DNA from: Balanoglossus misakiensis
Lineage: Eukaryota > Animalia > Hemichordata
DNA: 64,000 nucleotides
Assembly: GCA_040954595.2 (NCBI GenBank)
Contig: CM082582.2
Location: 10,159,483-10,223,482 of the forward strand
Direction of reading: 5' to 3'
A model generated the notes under the pieces. That model was not told the DNA's origin and searched no databases. It saw only the letters and a list, made by a program, of their open reading frames with translations. Position 1 is the stretch's first letter. The number at the start of each line of letters is the position of its first letter. Shown piece by piece: positions 24,010-36,893 of this stretch. The translations under genes and the position numbers were made by a program.

Positions 24010-27000
24010 ATGTTGGTCCTGTTTTCGGTCCTCTGGCTGCAGTTTCTCTCAGGTGAGTATACGTCACGGCTACTACCGTTCCACGTGCATACTTCCCCGT
24101 CGCCATTTCTTGCGAATATCGCCCGAAACGGACACGCACGCACAGTCCCGACCCTCCAAAATTCACGCGCACAGTCCCGATCCCCCGAAAAAATTTAAAG
24201 GCACAAAAAGGGCATTTTTCTGGACCTGATCGTGATCATTTTGAATCGCACACGAATACGTTTGCTATTTTGAATTGATGCGCATGACCTAAATTTCGTG
24301 TGTTTTCAATCCACCACGTGAATAGGATTTGCATGAAAGAATGAAAGCGTACTTTCACTTGTATATAAAATTGATCAATTATGTATTATGAATGCCTTGT
24401 AACCAAGAACAACGACAATGCAAATCAATATATGATGCCGTGCTATACCTTATCATTTTTTCCGTGTCCATTGGACACTCAATAATTTGTGGGCATTGGT
24501 AGTTTCGGTGCATATCGAAGTTGCAATGGGCAGGTTGTGTCACGCTCTAACACTCAACGGGTCAGCATATTATTCTATTCCAGTGGCTATTTTATTATTC
24601 TTAGGCAACAGAGTGAAACATTTGTCCGAAGTTGGACGTGTTACTATGTTAGTATTGAGAACGATGTCCCGCGACTTGGAAGGTCTTTTATCTGTATAGA
24701 TAGGCCTAAAACATGTTTGTATACTGAGTGAAGGGGGAATATGATCACGACTTCACAACGGCTTGGTTGCGGGATAGTGTTATCAAAGCAATATATCGAT
24801 TCTGTTGCCCTTCGTTGGGGTTAAGTATGTTTGTATTGGGGAATGGGGAATATAAAACGGCAAGTCGCTTTACAAAATGGCTTTGTGGGCGAAACTGGTT
24901 TGGTTTCTGTTTTTCCTTCGTTTTTGTACACGTATATTTTGTTCCCTTCTTCAGTTTGTGCGGCAGCAGATGGCGGGTATCTTCTCTACACCGATGTCGT
25001 CTCCACAGCTTGGTACCTTCAGTCGGACCTGAACATGATAAACCACACCGGGGATGACCTGTACAACACGGCTCTAGCGGGAGACGAGATCGCGCACGAC
25101 GTCATCCACGATGGCATCGGCGAATATAAGGTCACCTTCACGTACGACCTCGACGATCAACTGGTGTTTTGGAAGGATGCGTACCGGAGGGAGATCCGAA
25201 AGATGTCTCTGTCCACAGGGGAGACCACGACCATATTCGACGGGGTCTCGTTCTCCAGGGGCGGCATGGCCGTCGACTGGGTGGCGAACATCCTGTACTG
25301 GTCCGACCCGGACTACAACTGGATCATGATGAGTGATTACAACGGAACGTACCACCACGCCGTCGTGAAAACGGGGTTGGACGAGCCCGCCGATGTCGCA
25401 GTCGATCCGATGCGCGGGCAAGTACACGACTCTCGCACGCATAACAACCAACGAGTAATTAAAATTCCCTGGTTTAAATAGGCTATAACAGTAAACACTG
25501 AAAATTTAAATTAATATATAAATTAAACGTCAAATTACAATAAGTAATACAATACTATTTAGCATCTTAAAGAATGTCGCAATGGGACTTTTGAGTACTT
25601 AAATCTGAGCAAATTGTATCATATAATCATTATATATATTTGCATTAATTGTGTAAACTGTGAAATGGTAAGCCTACTTCGAGAGAGAAAGAGAAGAAAA
25701 ACGAGCAACTTCTGTATTTATGTCTCTGCCGCACAGGAAGCTGTACTGGGCTGACTGGCGAGGAAATGCCGGGATCTGGGTTTCAACGCTGACGGGCGAA
25801 AACGTGGAAATGGTTACCGCAGGAGACACGGACGAATTAAAAAGTCCGTACGGCGTCACCATAGACTTCGATATCAATAGGTGAGAAAGGGAATCAAGTG
25901 ATGGAGTGAAGGGGAGAGAGAGAGAGAGTGAAGGGAGAGAGAGAGAGACAGAGACAGAGAGGAGGGAGAGAGATTGCTATATGCCCTTACATGTACTAGT
26001 ACGGGAATATGTATTAAAACAAATATTTGTTGTCTCGCGTCCTTGCTCTGACAATCAGGGTTCATTTCAGTTTACCTTAATAACAAAGTAATATATCAAA
26101 ACACCCAATCAAATCAAATCAAATTTCAGGCCAATATTTTCCTCCGGCAGCATTCACTTGTGATCAAATGGAGATTCTGGTATGTTCATTAGGTTATATT
26201 GGACCGATATATATCACGAAGCGATCTTTTCGATGAGCCTTGATAACGTTACCGACAAGATTGTGACTGAATATGAAAATGGTAGACTCTATTACCCATA
26301 CTACATGGATTTGGACAAGGTATAGGCCGAAAGCTTTCTTTGGCAATCAAAGGCGTTGTTCCCATTCCGATTTTTATTCGAATGATTGTTATTATTTATT
26401 GTCTAATCTAGGCTACAGACCCAGCGTGTGTTGTATGTATTCAGTACCCCTCCCTTAGGGTGGTGGGGAACCCGCCCCTCCAAACTACGACGTTGACTGA
26501 TTTGATATCTTTTTTATCATGTCCTAGGATTATTTCTTCATTAGTGAGAACTATTACAGGCGGATCATCCTCGTGCCGAGAAACCACTCTGTAGTGAGCA
26601 ATGCTGTGATGCTCGACACACACTGGACACCCCTCGGTATTGCTTTTGTCAATACAAGTCGGCAGCCAGTACATTTGAGTGAGTATCACATAGTCTAGTC
26701 ATGTTCAGTCTAGTGGATTATAAGTGAGTGAGTGAGTGAGTGGCCATTTAGAGGTACGAGCCCGTGTTTTTGATGATGAATGGTCTGTACACGTTTAAGC
26801 TTGGTTGCCGACAAAGTGCATTTGGTGAGCTTCTTTCCTTATAATTTGTATGTTGTCCTCAGATCCCTGTAGCCTTGACAACGGTGGTTGCGATCAGCTC
26901 TGTGTCAGCGCCGCCGATAAGCGCCACCAGTGTCTGTGTACGGCTGGATACATCCTGCAAGATGGGCGCTGCGTTCCAGGTAAAGACGTTGGCTGACAGT

Positions 27001-30000
27001 TGGTATATAGTTAGCTTTGATAGACATTCAGGTTTCCGTTATCAGACTGTTGCTCAGACCCAGTCAGAACACGTATGTGGTTCTAATGTTATGCTTTAAA
27101 ATGGATAGGTGGGTAGCTATAAAACAATGGCGTTATTGTTTTATATCGGCCTACAGACCTCGTCAAGAATTCGAATGGGAATATTACACGTGCATTTCTT
27201 TTGTTACAGACGACCATCTGGTTCCGGGTCACAGCTACATTATCGCCGACGCCAATTACATCTGCTCTCTCCCAACTCACGTTTCGGACAAAAATGACCT
27301 GGACGGAGTGCTGAAGTGTTTTGTGTATAACATGTACGTCAACACGTTCGACTACGACTCGGACCAGGATATGCTGTACGTGTATCACCCGCAGGAGAGC
27401 GCCATCAAGCGTGTGGTACTCCGAGAGAATTCCACTTTCGAGACCATCCACAGCGACACAAAACAAGTAACAGGTTTGGAACGGTCAAGTGCTAACTTTG
27501 AAATCACTTATTAACTTTTGACATTAATTAGGTTACTTTAGGGACTGTGATCCAACCTACTAAGCGAGTTCGACCTAGTCACTGTCAAACCTGCTATACT
27601 TTCGGCCGCCCAAGATTTTTTGCTTACACGAGACCACACGGATTTTTCCCCAACAGGTATTGCCTTGGACTGGGTGTATTCAAATCTCTACTGGACAAGT
27701 ACTGACCCGGATCAGGGTGGTGTCTGGGTTTCCAAACTCGACGGGTCACTCAAAACCCTCCTATTGAATGACGTTAGCCAGCCACTAGCAATCGTAGTGG
27801 ACCCGTTACAAGAGTAAGTATCTCCACACAACATACTAGTATATGATCATGCTACCGATGTTCACTTTCCGAAAATAAACGGATTCGAAAAATTATCAAT
27901 TTTGCATATAAAACTTTAAAACATTTGTCCAACTCTTAACTACAGGTTCATATTTTGGAGTTCTGGTGGCGCAAACGCGGCAATCGAAAGGGCCAGCCTA
28001 TCAGGTAGAGATCGGGTGGTGTTAGTCTCCAGTGATGTGTTCAATCCGGTTGCCATGGCGCTCCACAACACCACAAACAGGTCAGAAATTAGGGTGAATC
28101 TGGGATGGGGGGGGGAGGGCCATGACATACCTTTGAGTCTGTGTGCATATTTCATTCCCCTTCGATAAAGCTGAGAGTTTCAACAACGTCTTTGTATGAT
28201 GACACTTGGCAGGCTGTATTGGGCGGATACAGGGCCGACATCTGGCGCAACTGAGAGCAGTGTACATTCCATAGGAATCCATGGCAACGTGAGAGAGTCG
28301 ATCAGTGTTGTCAGGGAAACGAGGACTTTCAGAGGACTCGGCATCAACCAGGTAAACTGCGAAAGAATCAAGTTTGTGTTTTTTTCACATTGAAAAGAAT
28401 TTGTGTAAATTGTCGTTTGAACGACAAAAAATGATGCAAACTAAAACAACATCTCACGCAGGATACACTGGTGTGGACCCAAGTTGAAGATCGCCTGCTA
28501 ACATTCTATGACACGGCACGGGACGACCACAGGCGGACGCTGGAATATCCCGACGTTCCCGGCTTTATTAAACTGTTCGATCATGATTTACAACCAAAGT
28601 TTCAGGGTGAGCAGAACGTGTGTTTTTTCTAAGACTTGCAGACGAACTACCATTCTGTATTGATCTTTTATTTTGTGCGTGGCCCACTTCATCATCTCCA
28701 CGGTGTTTTCCTTTCGCAGGTTTGGACCCATGTTTGCTTGATCACAACTGCTCCTCACTCTGTCTCCCTTACCACGGTGTGGCCGACTGTGTGTGCAGTA
28801 GAAGTGACGGGAATTGCGACGGTAATGAAGGTAACAACCGTTTCTTTCCGATCATATCTCGTCTCAGCACCTTTTTGCATGGGAAGGGGTGGTGTGACGC
28901 ACATGCACTTGGAGAACCTGCGAGATCTCGCGTGGTTAGCAACATTCTCGTCTGACACAGCACAAACAACACAATTTTGTGAGTTTTATTTCACTTTATT
29001 TTCACGCAGTTCCACGCTGTTCCCTTACGATGGAACACGGCTCCATAATCGGCGCTGGGAACGAGACCTGTCAAGGCATGGTGGGGGAAAAATGCTACTT
29101 CACCTGTGACGGAAATTTTCTCCCGGTGGGAGATCAAGAGATTGAATGTCTGGAAGGCGGGAAGTGGGATAAGAATGTAGATGGACTGTGCATCTTTAGT
29201 GAGTTATCAAGTTTTTGAAAGTGGCTATATTTTTATATTTTATTTAAAAAAATAGTAAATAACGCGTATTTGAGCCATAGCTACCAAAATCATTATATTT
29301 GTCGATTTATTGTAATGAACGATAGCTGAATTGGTGTTTGATTCACAGATATTTCGTTGGAGTATTTCCTCCTGGTTGCATCGGCTGACGGAATATTCTA
29401 CGTGGATATGTCGAGTCCGGATTTTCCTCATGTCAAACTGCCGCTTGACTTCCTTGAAACTCCCTTCAGCTTTGACTTCGACTACGACGAGGAAATGCTT
29501 TATGTGACAGACATCCAGCTGGACGCCATTGTGAAGACTTCGTTGGATGGTAGTCGTGTTGAAACATTTCTTCAAAGTGATCTCGACTGTAAGTGTTTTT
29601 TTTTATTATTTCACCCGTGTCTCTCTGTCCCTGTCCAACTGTGAGTATATGACTCAATTTGACGGTGTGTTGTCTACATAACATTTGCACGTGGTTGTTT
29701 CTTACACTTGCAGTTCCAGATGGTATTGTGATCGACAAACGAAAACGCAGGCTATTTTGGGTGGATTCCAACACAGACAGAGTCGAGGCAATTGGCCTGG
29801 ATGGCGCAAACAGACACCCCCTTGCTATATACGATTTGGACGAGCCGAGAGCCTTGGTGCTGGACGAACGAGAAGGGTGAGCATGTTCTCTGTAACACCT
29901 TTTTGCCTTAATTATGTCGGCCATTTAATATGTGACCACGTGGTACGTGTTGCCCAATCCGATTGGTATCTTGAGAATCGGAGGTCTGTGATTGGCTGGA

Positions 30001-32038
30001 AAATGTTAATCGTCCGGCTGGTTGAATTTCACCGTGGAATCTTACACTTTGGGATCGATAATGTAGTCTGTTGATGTCTTCTACTGCGAAATTGTCAACT
30101 GATTGTATTGATTTTGAAATTAGCGCCAAGTGAAGGAGACAAAACACTCTGCAAAGTGAGATTCAAAAGTTTTTTCCCCGAAATCACCAAAAGATTAAAC
30201 AAACTTAGTACTTGTGAAAATTAATAAATACATGGTTATTTTTTTCATGTTTGCGGAATCGCAGACTACTCTATTGGACTGACTGGGGATTTGAAGGCGA
30301 GAAGATCGAGCGAGTAGACACGGATGTAAACCTCCTGTGCAGTGGTGGAGACTCAAGACAAACAGTGATTTACAGTAATCTTAGCCAACCGCTTGGATTG
30401 GTACTCGAGCGTACGGAATCGGGTGAGAACTTGCGCAGCAAAGTCACCCCTGTGACATGCCAAACAACATTTGGATTAAACACAGATTTGTCTGTTACAT
30501 AGTGTCATTTTATTCTCCGTCCAACACTCCTTAACACAAATTGATCCAAGTTTCTCTGTCTATTCCACGTATGCTTGCAGATAATCGACTGTACTGGTGC
30601 GACGCAGCCAGGGACCTGTTAGAATCTAGCGGCCTCGACGGTTCCCACCGGACGCAAATTCACGAGTTTCCCAACGATGCAACATGTTTCGGTTTAGCCC
30701 TCACCGACGACTACTACATCTGGAGTGACTACAGCAGCGCCGGTGGATATCTGCACCGTCTGCACAGGTCCACTCTCGTCGACGAAGTCTTCCTCGAAGA
30801 CATGTTGCTGATACAAGCCAAGGATGTGAAGATTTTCCGTAGACCAGGTAGGAATTCCGGCACGATCAGTCTAATATCACGCATTTGCATTTTTTACCGT
30901 TTTCAAGTAATCGCTCAGTGATTTCACAATCACATAGGCCTATCCTCAGTTACACACGAACAGTGATGCCCTATACTTCCACACGAAAAACTTGGCTGGA
31001 TAATCGAAACTCAGGCCAAAAGTAGAAGTTGGCGGTCATTTCGGTTGTCTATCAAAAAATTGGCAGATGTGATGTATATATGAGTTGACGAGAAAGGCGA
31101 CGTAATTTGCATTTGTGCAAATTATACCAATTATAGACAATAAAAACAATTACGCAATTTTCATTCACCGGCTTTTACAGAAAAGCATTCGACGCCGCCG
31201 CCATCGACCACCTCGACCAGGAGCCCTACATCTGAGACGAAGGCAACCGAAAGTGTCAAAGCTACAACCAAGACGCAAACACCGCCACCAGCAACTGGTA
31301 AGAACACCACGATATCGATTTCATTAATTTGTGGGATATGTGATCCTTTGAGGTCAATCCCAGTGATCCGATTAAATATTCGTTCTGAAATGTCCAAGGA
31401 TTATTTTTATTCGCATAATTTATCCGGAGATGTAATGTAATTTCTTTCAGCCACCCCTAACGCCAAGAGTTCGGCAAAACCAATGACCTCTTCGTCAGTG
31501 ACGAGGGCCACCTCGGCACAAACGCCCAGTGGGGTTTCTCCGGACGCGCCCAAGCCCCAGAGAGCTCCGCCCGCAACCAGTCCTGGTGCAATAGGGGGCG
31601 CTGTCGCCGGGATTTTGGTCGTCTTGCTCATTATTGCGCTGATCGCTATAGCTATCAGGAGGTCAGTAAAAGGAGGACATGATCTATTCTGAACAATTTG
31701 ATTGTTTTGTCGGTTCTTGATATCTGGCTTGAAACGAGTCAATTTCTGTGCATTTTTTTCATGACAGTTGAATGACTCCGTGGGCGACGCCTGTTCCAAT
31801 GGCATATTAGCAGTATAGGATGGCCCGTCTTGCCTCCACTCTTGCGCAATATCTTGGTCACAATTACATAGGTGTATTTCTCTCTTTTTGTAGGAGACGT
31901 GGTTCTGCTTTTTACTCGACAGACGACACCACTGGAGCCGTGGAACTTGATGGCTCGCAACCACCAGCAGTCAAGTATTCTGTGTCGATGAAGGATGAAG
32001 GGAGCATTCGCGGACTGGAAAATCCAATGTTCAACTGA
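24010..32038 (+). CDS. LRP/LDLR-family-like type I membrane protein: signal peptide, YWTD propeller, EGF, propeller, EGF, sushi/CCP, propeller, S/T/P stalk, TM, short tail with NPxF; 20 exons, ~1160 aa
   Basis: Exons 24010-24052, 24955-25417 (GC donor), 25737-25880, 26193-26319, 26528-26678, 26863-26979, 27210-27473, 27657-27813, 27946-28080, 28213-28351, 28462-28606, 28720-28830 (or -28821), 29010-29198, 29349-29588, 29714-29876, 30265-30422, 30581-30847, 31181-31297, 31451-31661, 31894-32038; phase-consistent. Motifs: MLVLFSVLWLQFLSVCAAA, AVDWVANILYWSD, KLYWADW, RLYWTD, NPCSLDNGGCDQLC, ALDWVYSNLYWT, CYFTCDGNFLPVGDQEIECLEGGKW, LLYWTDWG, RLYWCD, TM GAIGGAVAGILVVLLIIALIAIAI-RRRR, C-terminal GLENPMFN. 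Confidence 0.88.
25908..25972. repeat. Imperfect (GA)n microsatellite in intron 3 of the LRP-like gene
   Basis: gagagagagagagagtgaagggagagagagagagacagagacagaga... Confidence 0.85.
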
Positions 32039-32638
32039 GCCCTCTCCAAGTAGTTGTAGCGCTGTAGCACGTTGGGTACAGCGTTGAAAAGGGGGGGGGG
32101 GGTCTGCGACTATACGCATGGGTTCCAAAGAATAACGTCTAGAATTACATGTATATACAATTGAATACAGTCAAAATGAGTGTTGAATTATCAGTTTATA
32201 TTTATATTCAGAAGAAACTTACAGTGAAGAATATATTCAAGTTATTTCGTTTGATAAAACAAGCAATAATGCCACGGCAAAATTAACAATCGCGGGGCTT
32301 TATTAAACAGACATTATTTCATGCCTTGATTGGGACATTTTAAGAATCCGTTTACTGTGATATAGCTTTACCAACCTGATCTACGCATCTACGACAATGA
32401 TAAATCTGGTAATTGCTCCCTGTTAATGGAATCAGTTTTTTTCATGGTTTGCCAGTTTTTCAGTTCATGTACATTAATAATAACTTTAATCTCGCCTTAA
32501 TGACATAATTACCTATTTTAAGCATCAATAAAGTGCCTTTATTATACCCTGTGGCTTCACAAAATATCTTTGACAATCGAGTCTCCAAAGAGTACAAAGA
32601 GTTACCGTACGGGAATCGGTGGGGGCGCCCGCGCTCAG

Positions 32639-32665
32639 CTCCCATAATGCAACATTCAACATGGC
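32639..32665 (+). promoter_or_regulatory. METTL3 promoter: ZNF143/Staf-like site plus YY1-like motif
   Basis: CTCCCATAATGCA (32639-32651) and AACATGGC (32658-32665) in a GC-rich patch about 100 bp upstream of the ATG; motif match only. Confidence 0.45.
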
Positions 32666-32753
32666 AGCGCCCTGATAAAGTTGAGGTTTTGCTATTTTTC
32701 CGACTTGCCTGGTCTCATCGTAGGAATACTAGTATTCAAGCAACGTTTGAGCT

Positions 32754-35700
32754 ATGTCTGACACATGGAGTGACATCGTTGCTCTGAAAAAGAAGCAGGA
32801 GAGTCTTAGGGAGCGTATGCAACGGAGGAAACGCGAAAGACAAAATCTTGGCGTTGGCTTTGGCTCAGGTGAGTGCCTTGAACTGACTCACGTGTCGATG
32901 TCGCGATGTGATATCGGTTGATCCATGGAGCTTCTAGACTACCCTGAGCCCTGGCTGTCCCATGTAGCTTACTAACTAATTGACTCTTTATCTTTGCAGA
33001 CGACAACCCAGCGCAGACGCACTCGGGTCCGCCTTCAAGAAGTACCAGTCCTGTTCCATCATCTTCAGTTTCTGATCTCGTGAAAATCGATCCGGAAGTT
33101 GAAAAGAGACTGCTTGAAGTGTTGTGTGATCACGCATTGACCTTACCAACAGATTCTCTGTCACTGCAGACCGCGGTTGCCAAGGTAATTTGCAGTTGTC
33201 TCGAAAATTGGCCAGTTAATTACTTTGAATGCTGTCATTTATGATAATTACCAGCACACATAAACATTGTCTGGTCAAGATTCTGCAAAGTGATCATTCG
33301 ATCTTCAGACTTCATTACACTGTCATACTTTTGCAGGGGTTGAATAAGGAAGTTACCCAAGCAAGTGTTGAGGGGATCTTGCAGAAGTTTTCAGCACAGG
33401 AACTTATAGAGTGAGTACAGTAACCATTGGCGTTTCCTGCAGTGTTTTAAATTATTGCAGTTGAAACTTACCTTTGTTGCTTCCTCTTGTCTTAGAATAA
33501 AAAAGGGTGGAACATCTGATGGTGAGGAATGTGTCATTGTGACAGTTGCTGACCATTCAAAGGTAATGTACATTAAAACTGATCATTTACTGCAACATTC
33601 TTACGTGTAGTGTTGTTGTTGTGTTTATTGTGGTGTACTTATGCTGATTGTTTTCATTTTGTGGAACGTGTAAGATTGGTACAAATATCAGAGCTGTCAC
33701 TGTCAAGTTCAAGGTGTCGGTTTAAACTCTACCATACAGTAACTTAGTGCTTTTATTTCCTGCCAAGACAGTTTGAAGATATCTGTCTTGGCCTCATGGG
33801 AAGCACACATTTCAAGTTTCATTCCGCCCTTTCAATTGCTTTCTTCCTCTTTATGAATAACTAACGCAACTGATAGTATGGTGTTTTCACTTCCCTTTAT
33901 CTCTGATTTTAACAGTTGACTGCAGTGTCCAATCAGCTCAATGAGAAAGACAAACCAACAGGGTCAAGGAAAAGGAAGAGAGAACGGTAAGTCTCATTCA
34001 TTTTACATGTATTGGAATGACTATAAAATTGTGGCATGATGACACATAAATCTGATTCTTTTTTTTTCTTCTGCTTTTAGTGATTCACCAACCAAGGATG
34101 AGGCTTCAGTGAAGCTGGTCACCAGACACAAGTCTGTGGATGCTGACCCGGACACCATAGAGAGCCTACTCTCAATGCCCTCTATCAAAGAACAAGAGGT
34201 AAGGTCGGCCATCTTGGCTTTCTCCCAAATGGGTACAAAAGAAGTAGGATTGGCCATCGTTGTTTTGGTTGAATGGAGTTTTGGCTAGTGAAGTGCTACG
34301 ACTGGCTATCATAGATTCCATTGGAGGCATCGATTGTAAACATGCTTCATACTTAACAAAGGTTTTACCAGGTGTTCAGTTGGTGTGAAAAGAGGATGTG
34401 ATTTCCATAATTCTTGTTACAATTCCAGACCAAGAAGATGGGCGAGGAAATCTTGGACCTGCTGAGTAAACCAACAGCCAAGGAGCAGTCGGTTGTGGAG
34501 AAATTTAAATCACAAGGTAATGTCCGTATATAATAATATGAACACACACATTCCAACATACACAGACACTTCTATATACAAACAAATTTTACGTTTATTG
34601 TTGAGAGTAACTTTCAGTCTCAATTCAAAAGAAACAATACTGAAGACACAATCTTTTTTATAACAAAATTATGTATTTCATGTACAGGCAACCAACTGAA
34701 AGAATTCTGTCCCCATGGTACGAAGGAAGATTGTATGAAGATCACTAACAGTTCTATGCCATGTGATAAGGTACCTTGCAGGGTTTTATTGTGTGGGCTG
34801 TAGTTTTATAAATGTACTTTCAGATTTTCATTAGTGTACTCAAACCATCATCCGAAACAAGATATCATCAGTGTGTTCTATTTTTATCCCCTACAGCTTC
34901 ACTTCAGGAGAATTATCAATCAACACACTGATGGTAAGCATTGCCCTAACATTTGTCATTAATTTGGAGATGTGTGTGTGTGAAGTTTTTCTTACAAGTG
35001 CTTTTTCAGTGCAGTACAACTTTGCGCCGAAATTGAGTAGTTGTGCGGCTCCATGAAAAACACAAGTTTCATGTATGTCTTTCTGAACCTAAAAACGTGA
35101 GATTGGATCTCATGCACTTTTTTTCTTTTTCAGAGTCCCTCGGAGATTGTTCTTTCCTGAACACGTGTTTTCACATGGACACATGCAAGGTATATGTTAT
35201 TATGTTTTGATTCTGGCCATCAATAATCACACAGTCTGTGCTATATCCCTATAATTTGTTGACAATTTCTGTATTGCAAACATGTAATACAGTAAACGTG
35301 TAATTCCTGTCTTTGTCTTCAGTATGTCCATTATGAGATAGACTACCAACGAACGCTACAGCCACAACCAAGCAAGACGGATCAGTCAGACAGAGGAATG
35401 GGAGCAGAAGACATAAAAGTCACTTTGTATCCTCCACAGGTTAGTCTTCTAAAACAGTGTTTCTGATTGGTCACTTCCTTCATGGGGTAGTATGCATTAA
35501 CCAATCAGGAACCTTAGTGTAAGACAGGCATTTTTTTTTGTCTTGAAGAAGTATTGGACGTAACTAGAAACGTTTTTTTTGGAATAATCCCACATCTTGC
35601 CACCTTTTTTTGTAAATAATAAAAAAAATTGTCTTCCAACAAATAGTGGATACAGTGTGACCTGCGTTCACTCAACATGTCGGTGCTTGGCAAGTTCGCG

Positions 35701-36893
35701 GTGATCATGGCCGACCCTCCGTGGGACATCCACATGGAACTGCCGTACGGAACGATGCAGGACGACGAAATGAGGCGACTGAATGTTCCCAGTTTGCAGG
35801 ACGATGGATTTATATTCCTCTGGGTCACTGGAAGGTAAACGTCCTATTTTTCATGCTCAGTGGTGACTACATATTGGAGTGTTCCCTAAGATCAAAATGG
35901 CCACCTGGTGGCCATATTGGATCATATCGCAAAACTCAAATTTACTGGTAGATTTCTTTGTACAATTGTAGTAGCAATCAAATGAACATCTCTCAGTGAC
36001 TACAGTAATATGATAGCTTTTCAGTTTATGTTAAAATAACGAAGATAATACAAAACAATGCAACCACTGAGGCTTGAGAAAAATCACCATAGAATCTGTT
36101 CTCTTTAATTCAGGGCCATGGAGTTGGGACGAGAGTGTCTGAACCTGTGGGGTTACCGCAGATGCGATGAGTTGATCTGGGTGAAGACGAACCAGTTGCA
36201 GCGACTCATCAGGACCGGGAGAACCGGTCACTGGTTGAACCATGGCAAGGAACACTGCCTGGTAAGTCAGTGAGTTGTGAGGTGAGTGAATGAATGAAGT
36301 CTGTGTCTGGATCAGGAGAAGTCCTACTTACAAAATTGTATCATCATCTTCTGTACATGTCTACGCTTACATGCACACTGTCTCAGAATCTTGACTCGGT
36401 ATTCACTTTTAGTTTTCTTCTCTGTAAAATGTCAGGTTGGCATCAAGGGCAATCTGAAGAACTACAACCGTGGTTTGGATTGTGACGTCCTAGTAGCTGA
36501 AGTGAGAGAGACCAGTCACAAACCGGATGAAATCTATGGACTGATAGAAAGGCTGTCGCCAGGCACCAGGAAAATTGAATTGTTTGGACGCCCTCACAAT
36601 GTTCAGCCAAACTGGTAAGTGTTGCAAAATAATTTTTTTCTGGCATCATTTGATTATCATTATCGTGAACATCTCAGGATGTGCTGAGTCTGATCTGTAA
36701 CGGAAGTCTCTAGGGTGTTGGTGCTTTCTCTCTGTCTGCATTTTTTACACTTGTGTTGTTTCCCCCCAACTCTAGGATTACGCTGGGAAATCAATTGGAT
36801 GGAGTTCATCTCTTGGATCCGGAGGTCGTTGAGAGGTTCAAGAAACTCTATCCAGACGGCAAAGTCATGAAACCGCCAAATAAGCCATCATGA
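32754..36893 (+). CDS. METTL3: N6-adenosine-methyltransferase catalytic subunit METTL3 (MT-A70), 15 exons, ~547 aa
   Basis: Exons 32754-32868, 33000-33184, 33337-33410, 33496-33562, 33916-33986, 34081-34198, 34429-34516, 34688-34770, 34897-34933, 35134-35189, 35323-35439, 35647-35834, 36114-36261, 36436-36614, 36776-36893. Leader [22 protein letters not shown]; two CCCH fingers ([11 protein letters not shown]...[33 protein letters not shown]); catalytic [16 protein letters not shown]; [19 protein letters not shown]; [44 protein letters not shown]. Confidence 0.97.
33677..33812 (+). ncRNA. Intronic box H/ACA sno/scaRNA, predicted guide for U2-Psi58 (5' hairpin) and U12-Psi19 (3' hairpin)
   Basis: 136-nt hairpin-hinge-hairpin-tail in METTL3 intron 4. 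5' hairpin: TGGTA/TACCA lower stem and GCTG.CACT/GGTG.CGGT upper stem. H box ACAGTA at 33736-33741. 3' hairpin: GTGCTT/AAGCAC lower stem and a perfect 10-bp GCCAAGACAG/CTGTCTTGGC upper stem. ACA at 33807-33809 plus 3 nt. In both hairpins 14 nt separate the upper stem from the box. Confidence 0.85.

Noticed and set aside
34271-34360. Two adjacent hairpins followed by ACA in METTL3 intron 6
   Set aside because: No H box between the hairpins, no pseudouridylation pockets and wrong ACA spacing.
34996-35067. Second possible H/ACA hairpin in METTL3 intron 9 (TTTTTCA/TGAAAAA and GTACAACT/AGTTGTGC stems; GGCTCCA could pair with 18S UGGAGCC)
   Set aside because: The other pocket strand pairs poorly, and no complete hairpin-H-hairpin-ACA layout can be built. 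Worth including in a snoRNA scan but not supportable now.
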